Positions 18,572 to 27,094 of a DNA stretch of 32,000 nucleotides are shown in pieces. The translations under genes were made by a program, and so were the position numbers. The stretch spans positions 780,001 through 812,000 of the forward strand of contig OY969425.1 of assembly GCA_963699255.1 (NCBI GenBank), given 5' to 3'. Under the pieces are notes generated by a model, which worked only from the letters and a program-made list of their open reading frames with translations, made no database searches and was not told the DNA's origin. The first letter of the stretch is position 1. Each line of letters opens with the position of its first letter. This DNA is from an uncultured bacterium (GTDB taxonomy: Bacteria > Margulisbacteria > WOR-1 > CAVSGV01).

Positions 18572-18589
18572 ATGGGGGGATGGGCACGC

Positions 18590-19960
18590 CTAGTGAACGT
18601 ATATCCTTCCAAGAAGCACGCTGGCCTGCTCAACATTTGATCTTTTAACTACCCTTCCCAGCGGATCGATTATCGCGGATATCCCCGTGTTCGCGGCCTG
18701 AACAACGTACACGCCGTTCTCGACGGCGCGCATCTGCGACGCCTGGATATGCTGATAGAGCGCGGCCGAATCAAAGAACCAGGCATCGTTGGTGGCCACC
18801 AGAATGAACCGGGCTCCCTTTTTCACCTGATCCCTGACCAGATACGGAAAAGTGGATTCGAAACATATAGCGACCCCTGCCTTGACCGCACCCAGGTCTA
18901 TCAGCTGTGGCTTGGGGTTGGAGTTATAATCCTGCGCGAAGAGCTTATCCTCCCCCAGCAGACGATAGGAGATGGGCCTCAGCGGAAGGTATTCTCCAAA
19001 AGGAACAAGCCTTTGTTTGTCGTACCTGCCGATCAGCTGTCCGCTTTTTGAAAATGCCACGACCGAATTGTATATTTTATCTCTTTCCCTGTAAGGAGTG
19101 CCGATCATGAAGAACGCGCTGCCACCGGCGATCAGCTTTTCTATCTTTGAATGTATGGCATTCTCCTCGAAGAGGTAGGTTGTAACGGCGGTCTCCGGCC
19201 AAATGACGATGTCCGGCTTCGACAGCAGGGCTTTTCTGCTGAGCTTTTCCTGGACGCTGACGATATCGAGAGCGTTCCTGTAATCAAGCTTTGTGTCCTG
19301 GGAAATATTCGCCTGGATAATGGCAACACTGACCGACTTCCCGGATACCTTGAAGGCATGAATCCTGTAATATCCAAACCCTGCGGCTACGGCCAATATC
19401 AAGGCCGCAAAGCAAATATTCCTGAGCTTTCCGGCTAGAATATCCTCGGCCACGGCTTCATTGAACAATACGATCAGGAAAGTTATCCCATAAACCCCTG
19501 CAACGCTCGCCAGCTGCAGAACGGGAAGGAAACCTGCCTGGGAATATCCCAGCCCGCCACCCGTCACTCCGTAAGGCCCAAGCGACCTTAACCATTCAAT
19601 TGCCGTCCAGATAAAAGGTATAAGAAGAATATTGAACTTCGTCAGTCTGGTCGAAAAATACTTCGTTATCCCGGCAAACGCGGCCACAAAAAGAGCCTGG
19701 AAAACCGCCAACATTATCCACGCAAATACCGCCCACGCGCCCGCCCACTTTGACAGGGTTACCATCCAGAAAAGAACTCCCCCAAAAAATATGACGCCGC
19801 TCATCGCTCCGCACATGACAGCTTCCGATTCCGATCTTGCCCTTTTTATCGAAACAAGAAGCGGTACGAGCGCGACGTAAGCAAGCGGAAAAAGGTTGAA
19901 CTTGGGGAACGACAAGGTCAGCAGCAAACCGGAAATAATAGCCGGAATAAAATTCATCAT
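18590..19960 (-). CDS. lnt: Apolipoprotein N-acyltransferase
   Basis: Multi-TM N-terminus, LGYSQAGFLPVLQLASVAGVYGITFLIVLFNEAVAE, DIVIWPETAVTTYLF, FFMIGTPYRE and KAGVAICFESTFPYLVR. Start placed at ATG 19960 (MMNFIPAI...), overlapping the upstream stop. Confidence 0.94.
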   Translation of the reverse strand: MMNFIPAIISGLLLTLSFPKFNLFPLAYVALVPLLVSIKRARSESEAVMCGAMSGVIFFGGVLFWMVTLSKWAGAWAVFAWIMLAVFQALFVAAFAGITKYFSTRLTKFNILLIPFIWTAIEWLRSLGPYGVTGGGLGYSQAGFLPVLQLASVAGVYGITFLIVLFNEAVAEDILAGKLRNICFAALILAVAAGFGYYRIHAFKVSGKSVSVAIIQANISQDTKLDYRNALDIVSVQEKLSRKALLSKPDIVIWPETAVTTYLFEENAIHSKIEKLIAGGSAFFMIGTPYRERDKIYNSVVAFSKSGQLIGRYDKQRLVPFGEYLPLRPISYRLLGEDKLFAQDYNSNPKPQLIDLGAVKAGVAICFESTFPYLVRDQVKKGARFILVATNDAWFFDSAALYQHIQASQMRAVENGVYVVQAANTGISAIIDPLGRVVKRSNVEQASVLLGRIYVH

Positions 19961-20673
19961 TGCACCATGACCTTCCAATTCAGTATATCCGCGCTTGGAC
20001 TTATCCCCGTATCCACTTCATCGCTTCCTGATACAGTGGTACCCGATATCGTGTACACATAAGAAGTCGAAGGAGAACTGTTCATGGGGGACAGGTTATC
20101 TTCAACTAATTTCGTTCCTTTGTCAACAGTGACAAAATCAAAATTCAATCTCTCCGTAAGGGTCCCCAGCTTGCTCATGTTAATAGTAAGAAGTATTTGG
20201 TTTGGATCAGCTCCGCTCCAGGTGGCTATGACCTCTTTAGTTGGTGTCGCCTCGGAAGTGAAAGATCCTTTTACGAACGAGAACGCGTTTCCGTCAAGCA
20301 CTACATAGCTCTTCCATGTCGGATAATACTGGCCGTAATAGTCCACGTCGGGCTGCGCCGGAGTATCTCCAGGCTCAACGAACTGGGTCGGCATGAAAGG
20401 AAGGATGGGCGCAGAATCGTTATTGAACAATATATAATATTTATTGAGAGAGGTATCGATATTGCTCCTGAAGTCGATCTCTATCGTTATGTGCTTTCCG
20501 GGCGGAAAAACCGGCGTGACGACCTTCGCGCAACCGCAAAGCGCGGTTACAATTACCAATGACCAAATTCCAATAACCAAACAATTAACAAATTTCAATG
20601 CCCAATGATCAGGTTTTGAATTTAGAATCTGCTTATTGCTTGGAACTTGGTTATTGGTTATTGGTAATTTCAT
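19957..20673 (-). CDS. Putative lipoprotein encoded between lptD and lnt
   Basis: 238-aa ORF. Start ATG overlaps the lptD stop (TGATG). Hydrophobic stretch ALKFVNCLVIGIWSLVIVTALCGC with a lipobox-like LCGC. The rest is beta-rich with no family recognised. Confidence 0.65.
   Translation of the reverse strand: MKLPITNNQVPSNKQILNSKPDHWALKFVNCLVIGIWSLVIVTALCGCAKVVTPVFPPGKHITIEIDFRSNIDTSLNKYYILFNNDSAPILPFMPTQFVEPGDTPAQPDVDYYGQYYPTWKSYVVLDGNAFSFVKGSFTSEATPTKEVIATWSGADPNQILLTINMSKLGTLTERLNFDFVTVDKGTKLVEDNLSPMNSSPSTSYVYTISGTTVSGSDEVDTGISPSADILNWKVMVQ
20551..20670. repeat. A/T-rich imperfect inverted-repeat element, compositionally like 10322-10470
   Basis: Left arm AATTACCAATGACCAAATTCCAATAACCAA; the reverse complement of the right arm is AATTACCAATAACCAATAACCAAGTTCCAAGCAA. 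Lies wholly inside the putative lipoprotein ORF. Confidence 0.6.
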
Positions 20674-23009
20674 CAGTACCTCGCCGGCGACGCCTGCTCA
20701 AAATTCATGTTATCCATGAAGCTGTTGAAATAATTCCCGTTCTCGCTGGATACATATGAGATCGGGAATTGCGGGAAAGCCTTAAGCGTCATCCCGAACC
20801 TGAACTCCTTCATGTAATCATTATAAGTGAAAACCGCCTCCCAGCAATGGAGATCCTTGACTATAGCAAGGTCCCTGAGCATATACGTGCCCGTTGTGAC
20901 ATCGTACGTATGCCCCATCTTGAAATGCCAGCTGTTCTCCCACGTATCGCCTATCTCCAGGTCCACCAGGCTGTTCGCGGAAAGCAGCTGCCCGCTGTTA
21001 ATGTCATAAACAACGCTGGCGGTATTGATGAACTTCGGGAACGGCGTGACGGTAACGGAAGTCTCCAGGTCCCTGTATCTCAGCTGCTCAACGCTCCAGC
21101 CGCCGGTCATCCTGAACGACAGCTGTTCATTCGGAGTTATCAGGAGATCGGAAACAATGTCGTTGTACGTGCTGTTCTGATAATTATATCCCGCGGAAAC
21201 ATCGAACGTCAGCTTGCTCAGGTAATAAAGGGTCACTTTATCCGATATGTAATTATACTCGCTTCCGAGGCTCTCGAAAAAGAACGGCGTGTTGCCGTCC
21301 ACTCTCGCCCTGCCCCAGTCCGTGTTGTTCCTGAAAAATCCCCACTGATCCGTTTGCATGTTCAATGATTCCTTATACTGGTATCTCTGGTCGCCTGTAT
21401 CATAAGCATATTGATCAAGGCCCAATCCGGACCTCAACATGGTACCGAAACCCAGATTATCGGTCCTTGAGAGGCCCGCTCCCATAGAATACTCGTTCGC
21501 CGTCATGTTCCTCATCTTCGCATAGTCCGAAATATATTTCGCCTCGTGGTATCTTGCGGCGCCGAGGCTCAGGTTCAGGTTGAAATATCTCAGGTCGACC
21601 GGATTGAAAGCTATCGCCATTTCCGGGAGTTTCTCCAGGTATTCATAGTTATTGTCGCCTTTGTACCGGTTGCCGTCCATATCAACATACCAGTTCTCGG
21701 TGAGCCTGAACGAATAGAACGAACCCTTGTAAGTGAGATCTATCCTCGGTTCGAGTTTCTCATCAGCCGCGTACCCCTCATCGGTCAGATAACTTGAGTA
21801 ATTCACGTTCACGGACAACTTCGCGTCATCTGTGAACAGGGACTGCTCGTGAAAGAACCTGTCATGAGAATTTTTCCATTCCGGGCCGGTAAGGCTCTGG
21901 CTCTCATCCCAGGAAAACCCGGTGTTATAGCTTCCGGACCTGTTGCTTATGTTGAACGCCTGGGAATTCTGGTAAGTGTACATGTTATCCGAGGCGCTGT
22001 AATTCAGGTTCATCTGGTGAGGGCCCGTGTTCAAGGTGTAATTCACCGATGAATCCGTGTCATATTTTCTGCCCGAGGGCACCTGATAGATGGACGCGGA
22101 GTCATGAGAAAGCGTCAGCTTGGAATATTGGTCAAGATCGATCGTGTGGTTCAGCTTAAAAACATAATCGTTCAGCCCGGTATCCCTCTCGTCCATCCTG
22201 TAATAATACAGGCTTCCGGAATTTTGGTCGTTAAGCTTATAGTCGTGCAAAATACCGTACCCGGGGCCCTTGATCTCGGTTGTATCGACATAGATGATAC
22301 CGTTCGCGCTGTTATTTACGAAATAATCAAAGGAGGTCTTCAGGAATTTGCCCTCGACATCATTCTCTCCGTAAATAAAATTATAAGGGCTCCGTTTTGT
22401 CTTGAAGTTGTATACATAATAGGGCGACATGAATGGCGTGGGAACACCAAGAACATACATAATGACCCAGTATCCAACAAGTTTGTCGTCCGGATAATAA
22501 TCGAACCATCTGGCTTTTATGTAATAATGAGGCGGGTCATAATCGCATGTGGAGAGCGCGCCATTTTCCCCCATTTTCACTTCCGGCAGGTCGGTCAGTT
22601 TATCCGCGGAAACGTAAAGGTTCGTCTTTACATCTGTGGGATAAAACACTGTCTTGAGGTTGAAGACGACCGCGGTCTCGCCGGAAATGTCATAAGTGAT
22701 CATCCCGGAGGAAATATCATATTCCGGACGCTTTATCTTGACGCGGCCTTCCGCCGTAGCGACGTTCGCATTCACGTCGATCCTGGCGGAATCGGACTCG
22801 ATAGTTATGCCTTCAAATAAGATCTCCACGCTGCCTGACGCGGTTATGATCCCCGCCTCCTGGTTGAACTTCAGGTTGTCCGCAGCCACCCTGACGGGAA
22901 TATCTTCGCAGAAGGTAAAATTTATTAAAATCGCAAAGGAAACAAATATGAATGAAATAAAAGTTTGACGGAACCTGCGACTAAAGTCGCGGTTCCGATA
23001 AGAAGGCAT
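20673..23009 (-). CDS. lptD: LptD/OstA-like LPS-assembly outer membrane protein
   Basis: The ORF track starts at 23090; ATG at 23009 (MPSYRNRDFSRRFRQTFISFIFVSFAILINFTFC) provides a signal-like N-terminus. Then OstA-like VRVAADNLKFNQEAGIITASGSVEILFEGITIESDSARIDV...EGRVKI and a long beta-barrel region. Confidence 0.82.
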   Translation of the reverse strand: MPSYRNRDFSRRFRQTFISFIFVSFAILINFTFCEDIPVRVAADNLKFNQEAGIITASGSVEILFEGITIESDSARIDVNANVATAEGRVKIKRPEYDISSGMITYDISGETAVVFNLKTVFYPTDVKTNLYVSADKLTDLPEVKMGENGALSTCDYDPPHYYIKARWFDYYPDDKLVGYWVIMYVLGVPTPFMSPYYVYNFKTKRSPYNFIYGENDVEGKFLKTSFDYFVNNSANGIIYVDTTEIKGPGYGILHDYKLNDQNSGSLYYYRMDERDTGLNDYVFKLNHTIDLDQYSKLTLSHDSASIYQVPSGRKYDTDSSVNYTLNTGPHQMNLNYSASDNMYTYQNSQAFNISNRSGSYNTGFSWDESQSLTGPEWKNSHDRFFHEQSLFTDDAKLSVNVNYSSYLTDEGYAADEKLEPRIDLTYKGSFYSFRLTENWYVDMDGNRYKGDNNYEYLEKLPEMAIAFNPVDLRYFNLNLSLGAARYHEAKYISDYAKMRNMTANEYSMGAGLSRTDNLGFGTMLRSGLGLDQYAYDTGDQRYQYKESLNMQTDQWGFFRNNTDWGRARVDGNTPFFFESLGSEYNYISDKVTLYYLSKLTFDVSAGYNYQNSTYNDIVSDLLITPNEQLSFRMTGGWSVEQLRYRDLETSVTVTPFPKFINTASVVYDINSGQLLSANSLVDLEIGDTWENSWHFKMGHTYDVTTGTYMLRDLAIVKDLHCWEAVFTYNDYMKEFRFGMTLKAFPQFPISYVSSENGNYFNSFMDNMNFEQASPARY

Positions 23010-23093
23010 ATGTAAAATTAATTCTACATGGGCGGGAAAGGGAACCGCGAATTCATTCGCGGGATTAAAAGCGGTGCTTTCTGTCTCCACAGC

Positions 23094-25478
23094 TCAGTTT
23101 TTTATGGTCTTATAAGCCAGGCGACGTCGCGTGATGGGAGACAGAGGATCGTTCGTCTTGATCTTTTCCCAGAGAGAGATCGCGTTCTGTGCCTGTCCTT
23201 TCAGATACATGATGTCCCCGAGATTCATATATACCGCCGAAAGACTGGGGTCGGCCTCAAGAGCCCTGTTGAACTCCTGTGTGGCGGATTCCAGATCGTT
23301 CTTTAAATAATGGTAGATCCCCATATTGTTGCGCGTCACTGCTGAGCCGGGGTCTATTGAGAGCGCCAGATTCAGGCGCGTTTCCGCCTGCTCAAGGTGT
23401 TTCTCCCTCATGAACATGACGGCAAGATTGTTCAGGGCAGTGCAGAATTTCGGGTCAAGCTGGACCGCCAGCTCGAATTCCTCCGTTGCCCCCTTAAAAC
23501 GGCCCTTGATAAAATGTTCAAACCCGGCGCTATTGTGCTCCTGTCCGAACGATACGTTCAACAGGTCTCCCGCGGCTTCGGCTCGGCGCTGATCAGTCCC
23601 CCACATGCCGATAATGTTTTTTGCTCCGAACTGTTCGATCACGGCAACGATCGACTTGTTCCTTTGAGCCTCCGGGTTCACCGCCGCCAGATTCCTTGTC
23701 CTGGCCTGAAGACCCGCGAATTCAACATCTTCAGAAAGGATCGTTTCATATTCAGCCAGCGCTCCCGAAACGTTCCCCACAGCTTCATAAGAAGAGCCCA
23801 GATTGAACCTTATCGTTTTTGCCACGTCTCCCAGCTCTTTCGGCACAACCTCGAGGGCTCGCTCAAACTGTATAGCCGCAAGATCGAACCTCCCAAGCTC
23901 CATAAAAGTAAGGCCGAGAAGATTGTATGCGAACGGCGCCCTTGCGCTGTCTTTCACGGCAGCCTGAAGCTCCTTGACGCCTTTGTCAAAATCCCTGATC
24001 ATCAGATAAACCTTTGCGACATCCAGATGAGTGCCGATCCTCCACGGGTCCTCATCGATCCTCTTCTTTATGCGATCTATTTCCTCCCTGAGAAGAGCAA
24101 GGCTTGCTTCCTCATATTTTTTGTGAAGAGCAACATTGAAAGGATCGATGTTCATCGCGGAGGCAAAGGAACCCTGCGCCTTCAGGAAGTTGCCCATCTT
24201 CATGAACGCGTCCCCCATTATTTGATGGGCGGGAGCATAGTTCTTGTCCAGGTAGATCATGAATTCCGCTTCTTCTATCGCGGAGATCCCCTGGCCGGAA
24301 AGAATATATGCCTGTCCCAGCACCTGGCGGACAAGGATCATGTTCGGGTTTTCTTTTTCAATCTTGAGGCATTTGTCTATTATGGTCTTTGCCGCGCTGC
24401 CGGCGAGCTTCATCACTTCCAGATACTCAATAAGAGCTTCTTCAACGCGTCCGAGCTTGAGATAGGCGTCACCAAGGGATTCATGAGCGTGCACCTGCCC
24501 CGGATATTTTGACAACACGTCCTTGAATCCGGCTATGGCTTCATCTATGTACTGGCTGTTGTATTTCATCAGTTTCCCGTATTCATCGACCGCTTCGCTG
24601 TACGCCCCCTTCAGGGTAAGCGCTCTTCCCAGAGCTTTAAGCGTGGACGGCTCATCAGGATATTTATCCAGGGATCCCTTGAATTTTGAGATGACTTTGT
24701 CAAGGCGGCTCTTATCCATCAAAACGATCTCCTCAAGCTCAGCGGAAGCAAGAGAAGGCTGGATCGCCTTCAGATAAACATCCGCAAGCACTTCCTTGAC
24801 GTGCAAGTTGTTCGGCTGTTTTTTCTTCAGATCTTCCAGCTTGTGTATCACCTCGGAGGAGAAAGATGCGTCCAGGCCAAGCATGGCATAAAAACTGTTC
24901 GCGGCTTCATCAAGCATATCAACTCTTCCCTGAAGCTCGCCGAGTATCCTTAAATAGTTCTTGTTGTTCGGGTCAGCAGCCACAAGCCCCTTGTAAAGGG
25001 AGACCGCATCAATGATGCGGTCTTTTTCTATGTACGCGCCCGCAAGCATTTCCGTAAGCGAAGTGTCTTTCACGTCAGACCTGAAAGCGGCCTCTATCAC
25101 CGCTATGGCGCTGTCAATGTCTCCCTGTTTCAGGTACAGCTTGCCCAGAATGTTGTAAACGTCCGACCTGTCGGACGCGATGTCCAGTATTTCCTCAAGC
25201 TCGCTTATTGCGCCTTCAACTTCTCCAAGATATAAATGAAGGTCCGCGAGAGAGAGCCTCGCGTTTATATTTTCCGGATCGCTATCCAGGATGTTTTCAT
25301 ATAAAAGCGCGACTTTTGAAGCAAGCCTTGGATTATACAAAAGCGCGATCCTGAATTTAAGCCGCGCTTCTTTGAAGTCCCCTCCTGAGAGGTGTATCTG
25401 CCCGAGCCTTAACAGTTCTTGAGGGTTCGCCCCATGTTTGTTTACCTCTTTTTTTAGTTTCTCCATGTCTGTTATCAT
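23094..25478 (-). CDS. Large tetratricopeptide-repeat protein
   Basis: 794-aa ORF with many 34-residue repeats, e.g. DVYNILGKLYLKQGDIDSAIAVIEAAFRSD and SAVTRNNMGIYHYLKNDLESATQEFNRALEADP. Start overlaps the upstream LptF/G stop (ATGA). Confidence 0.9.
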   Translation of the reverse strand: MITDMEKLKKEVNKHGANPQELLRLGQIHLSGGDFKEARLKFRIALLYNPRLASKVALLYENILDSDPENINARLSLADLHLYLGEVEGAISELEEILDIASDRSDVYNILGKLYLKQGDIDSAIAVIEAAFRSDVKDTSLTEMLAGAYIEKDRIIDAVSLYKGLVAADPNNKNYLRILGELQGRVDMLDEAANSFYAMLGLDASFSSEVIHKLEDLKKKQPNNLHVKEVLADVYLKAIQPSLASAELEEIVLMDKSRLDKVISKFKGSLDKYPDEPSTLKALGRALTLKGAYSEAVDEYGKLMKYNSQYIDEAIAGFKDVLSKYPGQVHAHESLGDAYLKLGRVEEALIEYLEVMKLAGSAAKTIIDKCLKIEKENPNMILVRQVLGQAYILSGQGISAIEEAEFMIYLDKNYAPAHQIMGDAFMKMGNFLKAQGSFASAMNIDPFNVALHKKYEEASLALLREEIDRIKKRIDEDPWRIGTHLDVAKVYLMIRDFDKGVKELQAAVKDSARAPFAYNLLGLTFMELGRFDLAAIQFERALEVVPKELGDVAKTIRFNLGSSYEAVGNVSGALAEYETILSEDVEFAGLQARTRNLAAVNPEAQRNKSIVAVIEQFGAKNIIGMWGTDQRRAEAAGDLLNVSFGQEHNSAGFEHFIKGRFKGATEEFELAVQLDPKFCTALNNLAVMFMREKHLEQAETRLNLALSIDPGSAVTRNNMGIYHYLKNDLESATQEFNRALEADPSLSAVYMNLGDIMYLKGQAQNAISLWEKIKTNDPLSPITRRRLAYKTIKN

Positions 25479-26560
25479 GAAATGAAATAATTCTCCTTTA
25501 TTATAAGGGAAACCCCTATGATCCCAAAGAAAATATTAGGCAGCCATGCTGCCGCAAAGGGGGAGATTATACCGCCGTGACCGAATGACCTGAATACCGA
25601 CGCAACGACATAGAACGTAAATATCAGGGCCACACAAAACACTAGGCCGAAAGCCCTTCCTGAACGAACGGCGGGCAGGCTGAAAGGGATCCCCAGAAGA
25701 GCGAAGACCAGACAGGTCACGGGAACCGAGATCTTCATGTAAAGGTCCGTGAGAAGGACCTTGGCGTCCACGCCCCCCTTCTCTAACATGGAAACCAGAT
25801 TGGAAAGCTCTTTGCTGTTCATCTCATATGTGGTCTTTTGATCGGTAAAGTTCGTAATGTTCTCGTTAACCAGCACCTGCATTTCCGAGAAATTCGCCTC
25901 GTAGTCCAGTTTACCCGATGCATCATCATACCTGTGAATGACGCCGTCCGAGAGCGTCCAGTTGTTCCCGTCATATTTGGCCGACTTCGCAATGATCACC
26001 CTTGGGAATCTTCCTTCTCCCATCTCATATATCATCAGGTCCTCAAGCGTATTTGTCTTTTGATCGACCTTCCTAACATAAAAATACCGGTTGCTTGAAT
26101 CGCGAAAGAAAACATTTTCCTTTATTTCAGGCAGCGGCTGGCGCAGGATCATCTCCCTTATAATGTTCTCCGATGTATGATTCGACCAGGGAACAAGGTA
26201 TTCATTCGTCAAATAGGACAGCAAACTCACCGCAACCGCTATCAGTATCACAGGGGCGCTTATCCTGAAAAGGCTTACCCCGCTCGTCCTTAGCGCTATC
26301 ATCTCGTTTTCCTTTGACATCCTGGAAAATACCATTGATGTCGCGAACACCATGGACACGGGGAACGTCAGGACCATGATCGCCGGCAGCTTAAAAATAA
26401 GCAGCCGCAGAACCACGAGAAGCGGCACCCCCTTGTTTATTATAAGGTCCGTGTAAGTGAAAAGGAGATCCGTTATCATGATCAAAATAAATCCAATGAT
26501 ACCCAAAAGGTAAGGCGGTACCAGTTCAAAGAAAATATATCTATCCAGGGTCTTTACCAA
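25475..26560 (-). CDS. lptF: LptF/LptG family permease, likely LptF
   Basis: 361-aa ORF, MVKTLDRYIFFELVPPYLLGIIGFILIMITDLLFTYTDLII..., with VTCLVFALLGIPFSLPAVRSGRAFGLVFCVALIFTFYVV. Confidence 0.84.
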   Translation of the reverse strand: MVKTLDRYIFFELVPPYLLGIIGFILIMITDLLFTYTDLIINKGVPLLVVLRLLIFKLPAIMVLTFPVSMVFATSMVFSRMSKENEMIALRTSGVSLFRISAPVILIAVAVSLLSYLTNEYLVPWSNHTSENIIREMILRQPLPEIKENVFFRDSSNRYFYVRKVDQKTNTLEDLMIYEMGEGRFPRVIIAKSAKYDGNNWTLSDGVIHRYDDASGKLDYEANFSEMQVLVNENITNFTDQKTTYEMNSKELSNLVSMLEKGGVDAKVLLTDLYMKISVPVTCLVFALLGIPFSLPAVRSGRAFGLVFCVALIFTFYVVASVFRSFGHGGIISPFAAAWLPNIFFGIIGVSLIIKENYFIS

Positions 26561-26748
26561 TCTTCTCGGCGTCTCCTAGCTTCTTTTCTTTTCGCTGTCT
26601 CCAGATCATGCCTTCTTTTCTCGCTCGGCTTTTCGTAATATTCTCTTTTCTTCAACTCGTCAATAACGCCCTCTTTCCTCAGCTTCATCTTGAATTTTCG
26701 GAGCGCCTTGTCTATGTCTTCACCCTTCTTGATCTCAACTTCTACCAT
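26554..26748 (-). CDS. rpsU: Ribosomal protein bS21
   Basis: 64-aa ORF, MVEVEIKKGEDIDKALRKFKMKLRKEGVIDELKKREYYEKPSEKRR..., basic C-terminus. Confidence 0.94.
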   Translation of the reverse strand: MVEVEIKKGEDIDKALRKFKMKLRKEGVIDELKKREYYEKPSEKRRHDLETAKRKEARRRREDW

Positions 26749-26764
26749 TGTTAACCTCCTCCCG

Positions 26765-27094
26765 TTATCCCGGGGGCCACTTCAGTTTTCTGCCTCCCAG
26801 AACGTGAAAATGCAAATGTGGGACAGCCTGTCCTGCATCCTTTCCAATATTCATGACAACCCTGTAACCGCTGTCACGCACGCCCTTTATCTCCGATACC
26901 TTGGCAATACAATTGAATATTTCCGGCAGAACATCATTTAACCCTGATGAGTTTAATACATGTTCCTTGGGTATTATCACAACGTGGACCGGAGCCTGAG
27001 GTGCCACGTCATCGAACGCGATGACCCTATCGGTCTCATGAACGATGTTGCTCTTTATTTCTTTATTTGCAATCTTGCAAAATATGCAGTTCAT
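26765..27094 (-). CDS. HIT family protein (HinT-like)
   Basis: MNCIFCKIANKEIKSNIVHETDRVIAFDDVAPQAPVHVVIIPKEH ... AGQAVPHLHFHVLGGRKLKWPPG. Start set at 27094, where ATG overlaps the ricT stop, rather than the ORF-track start 27142. Confidence 0.95.
   Translation of the reverse strand: MNCIFCKIANKEIKSNIVHETDRVIAFDDVAPQAPVHVVIIPKEHVLNSSGLNDVLPEIFNCIAKVSEIKGVRDSGYRVVMNIGKDAGQAVPHLHFHVLGGRKLKWPPG

Noticed and set aside
20769-24512. Long plus-strand ORFs (199, 238 and 371 aa) opposite lptD and the TPR gene
   Set aside because: Antisense to large, clearly coding minus-strand genes, with no start context or domain; typical antisense open frames.
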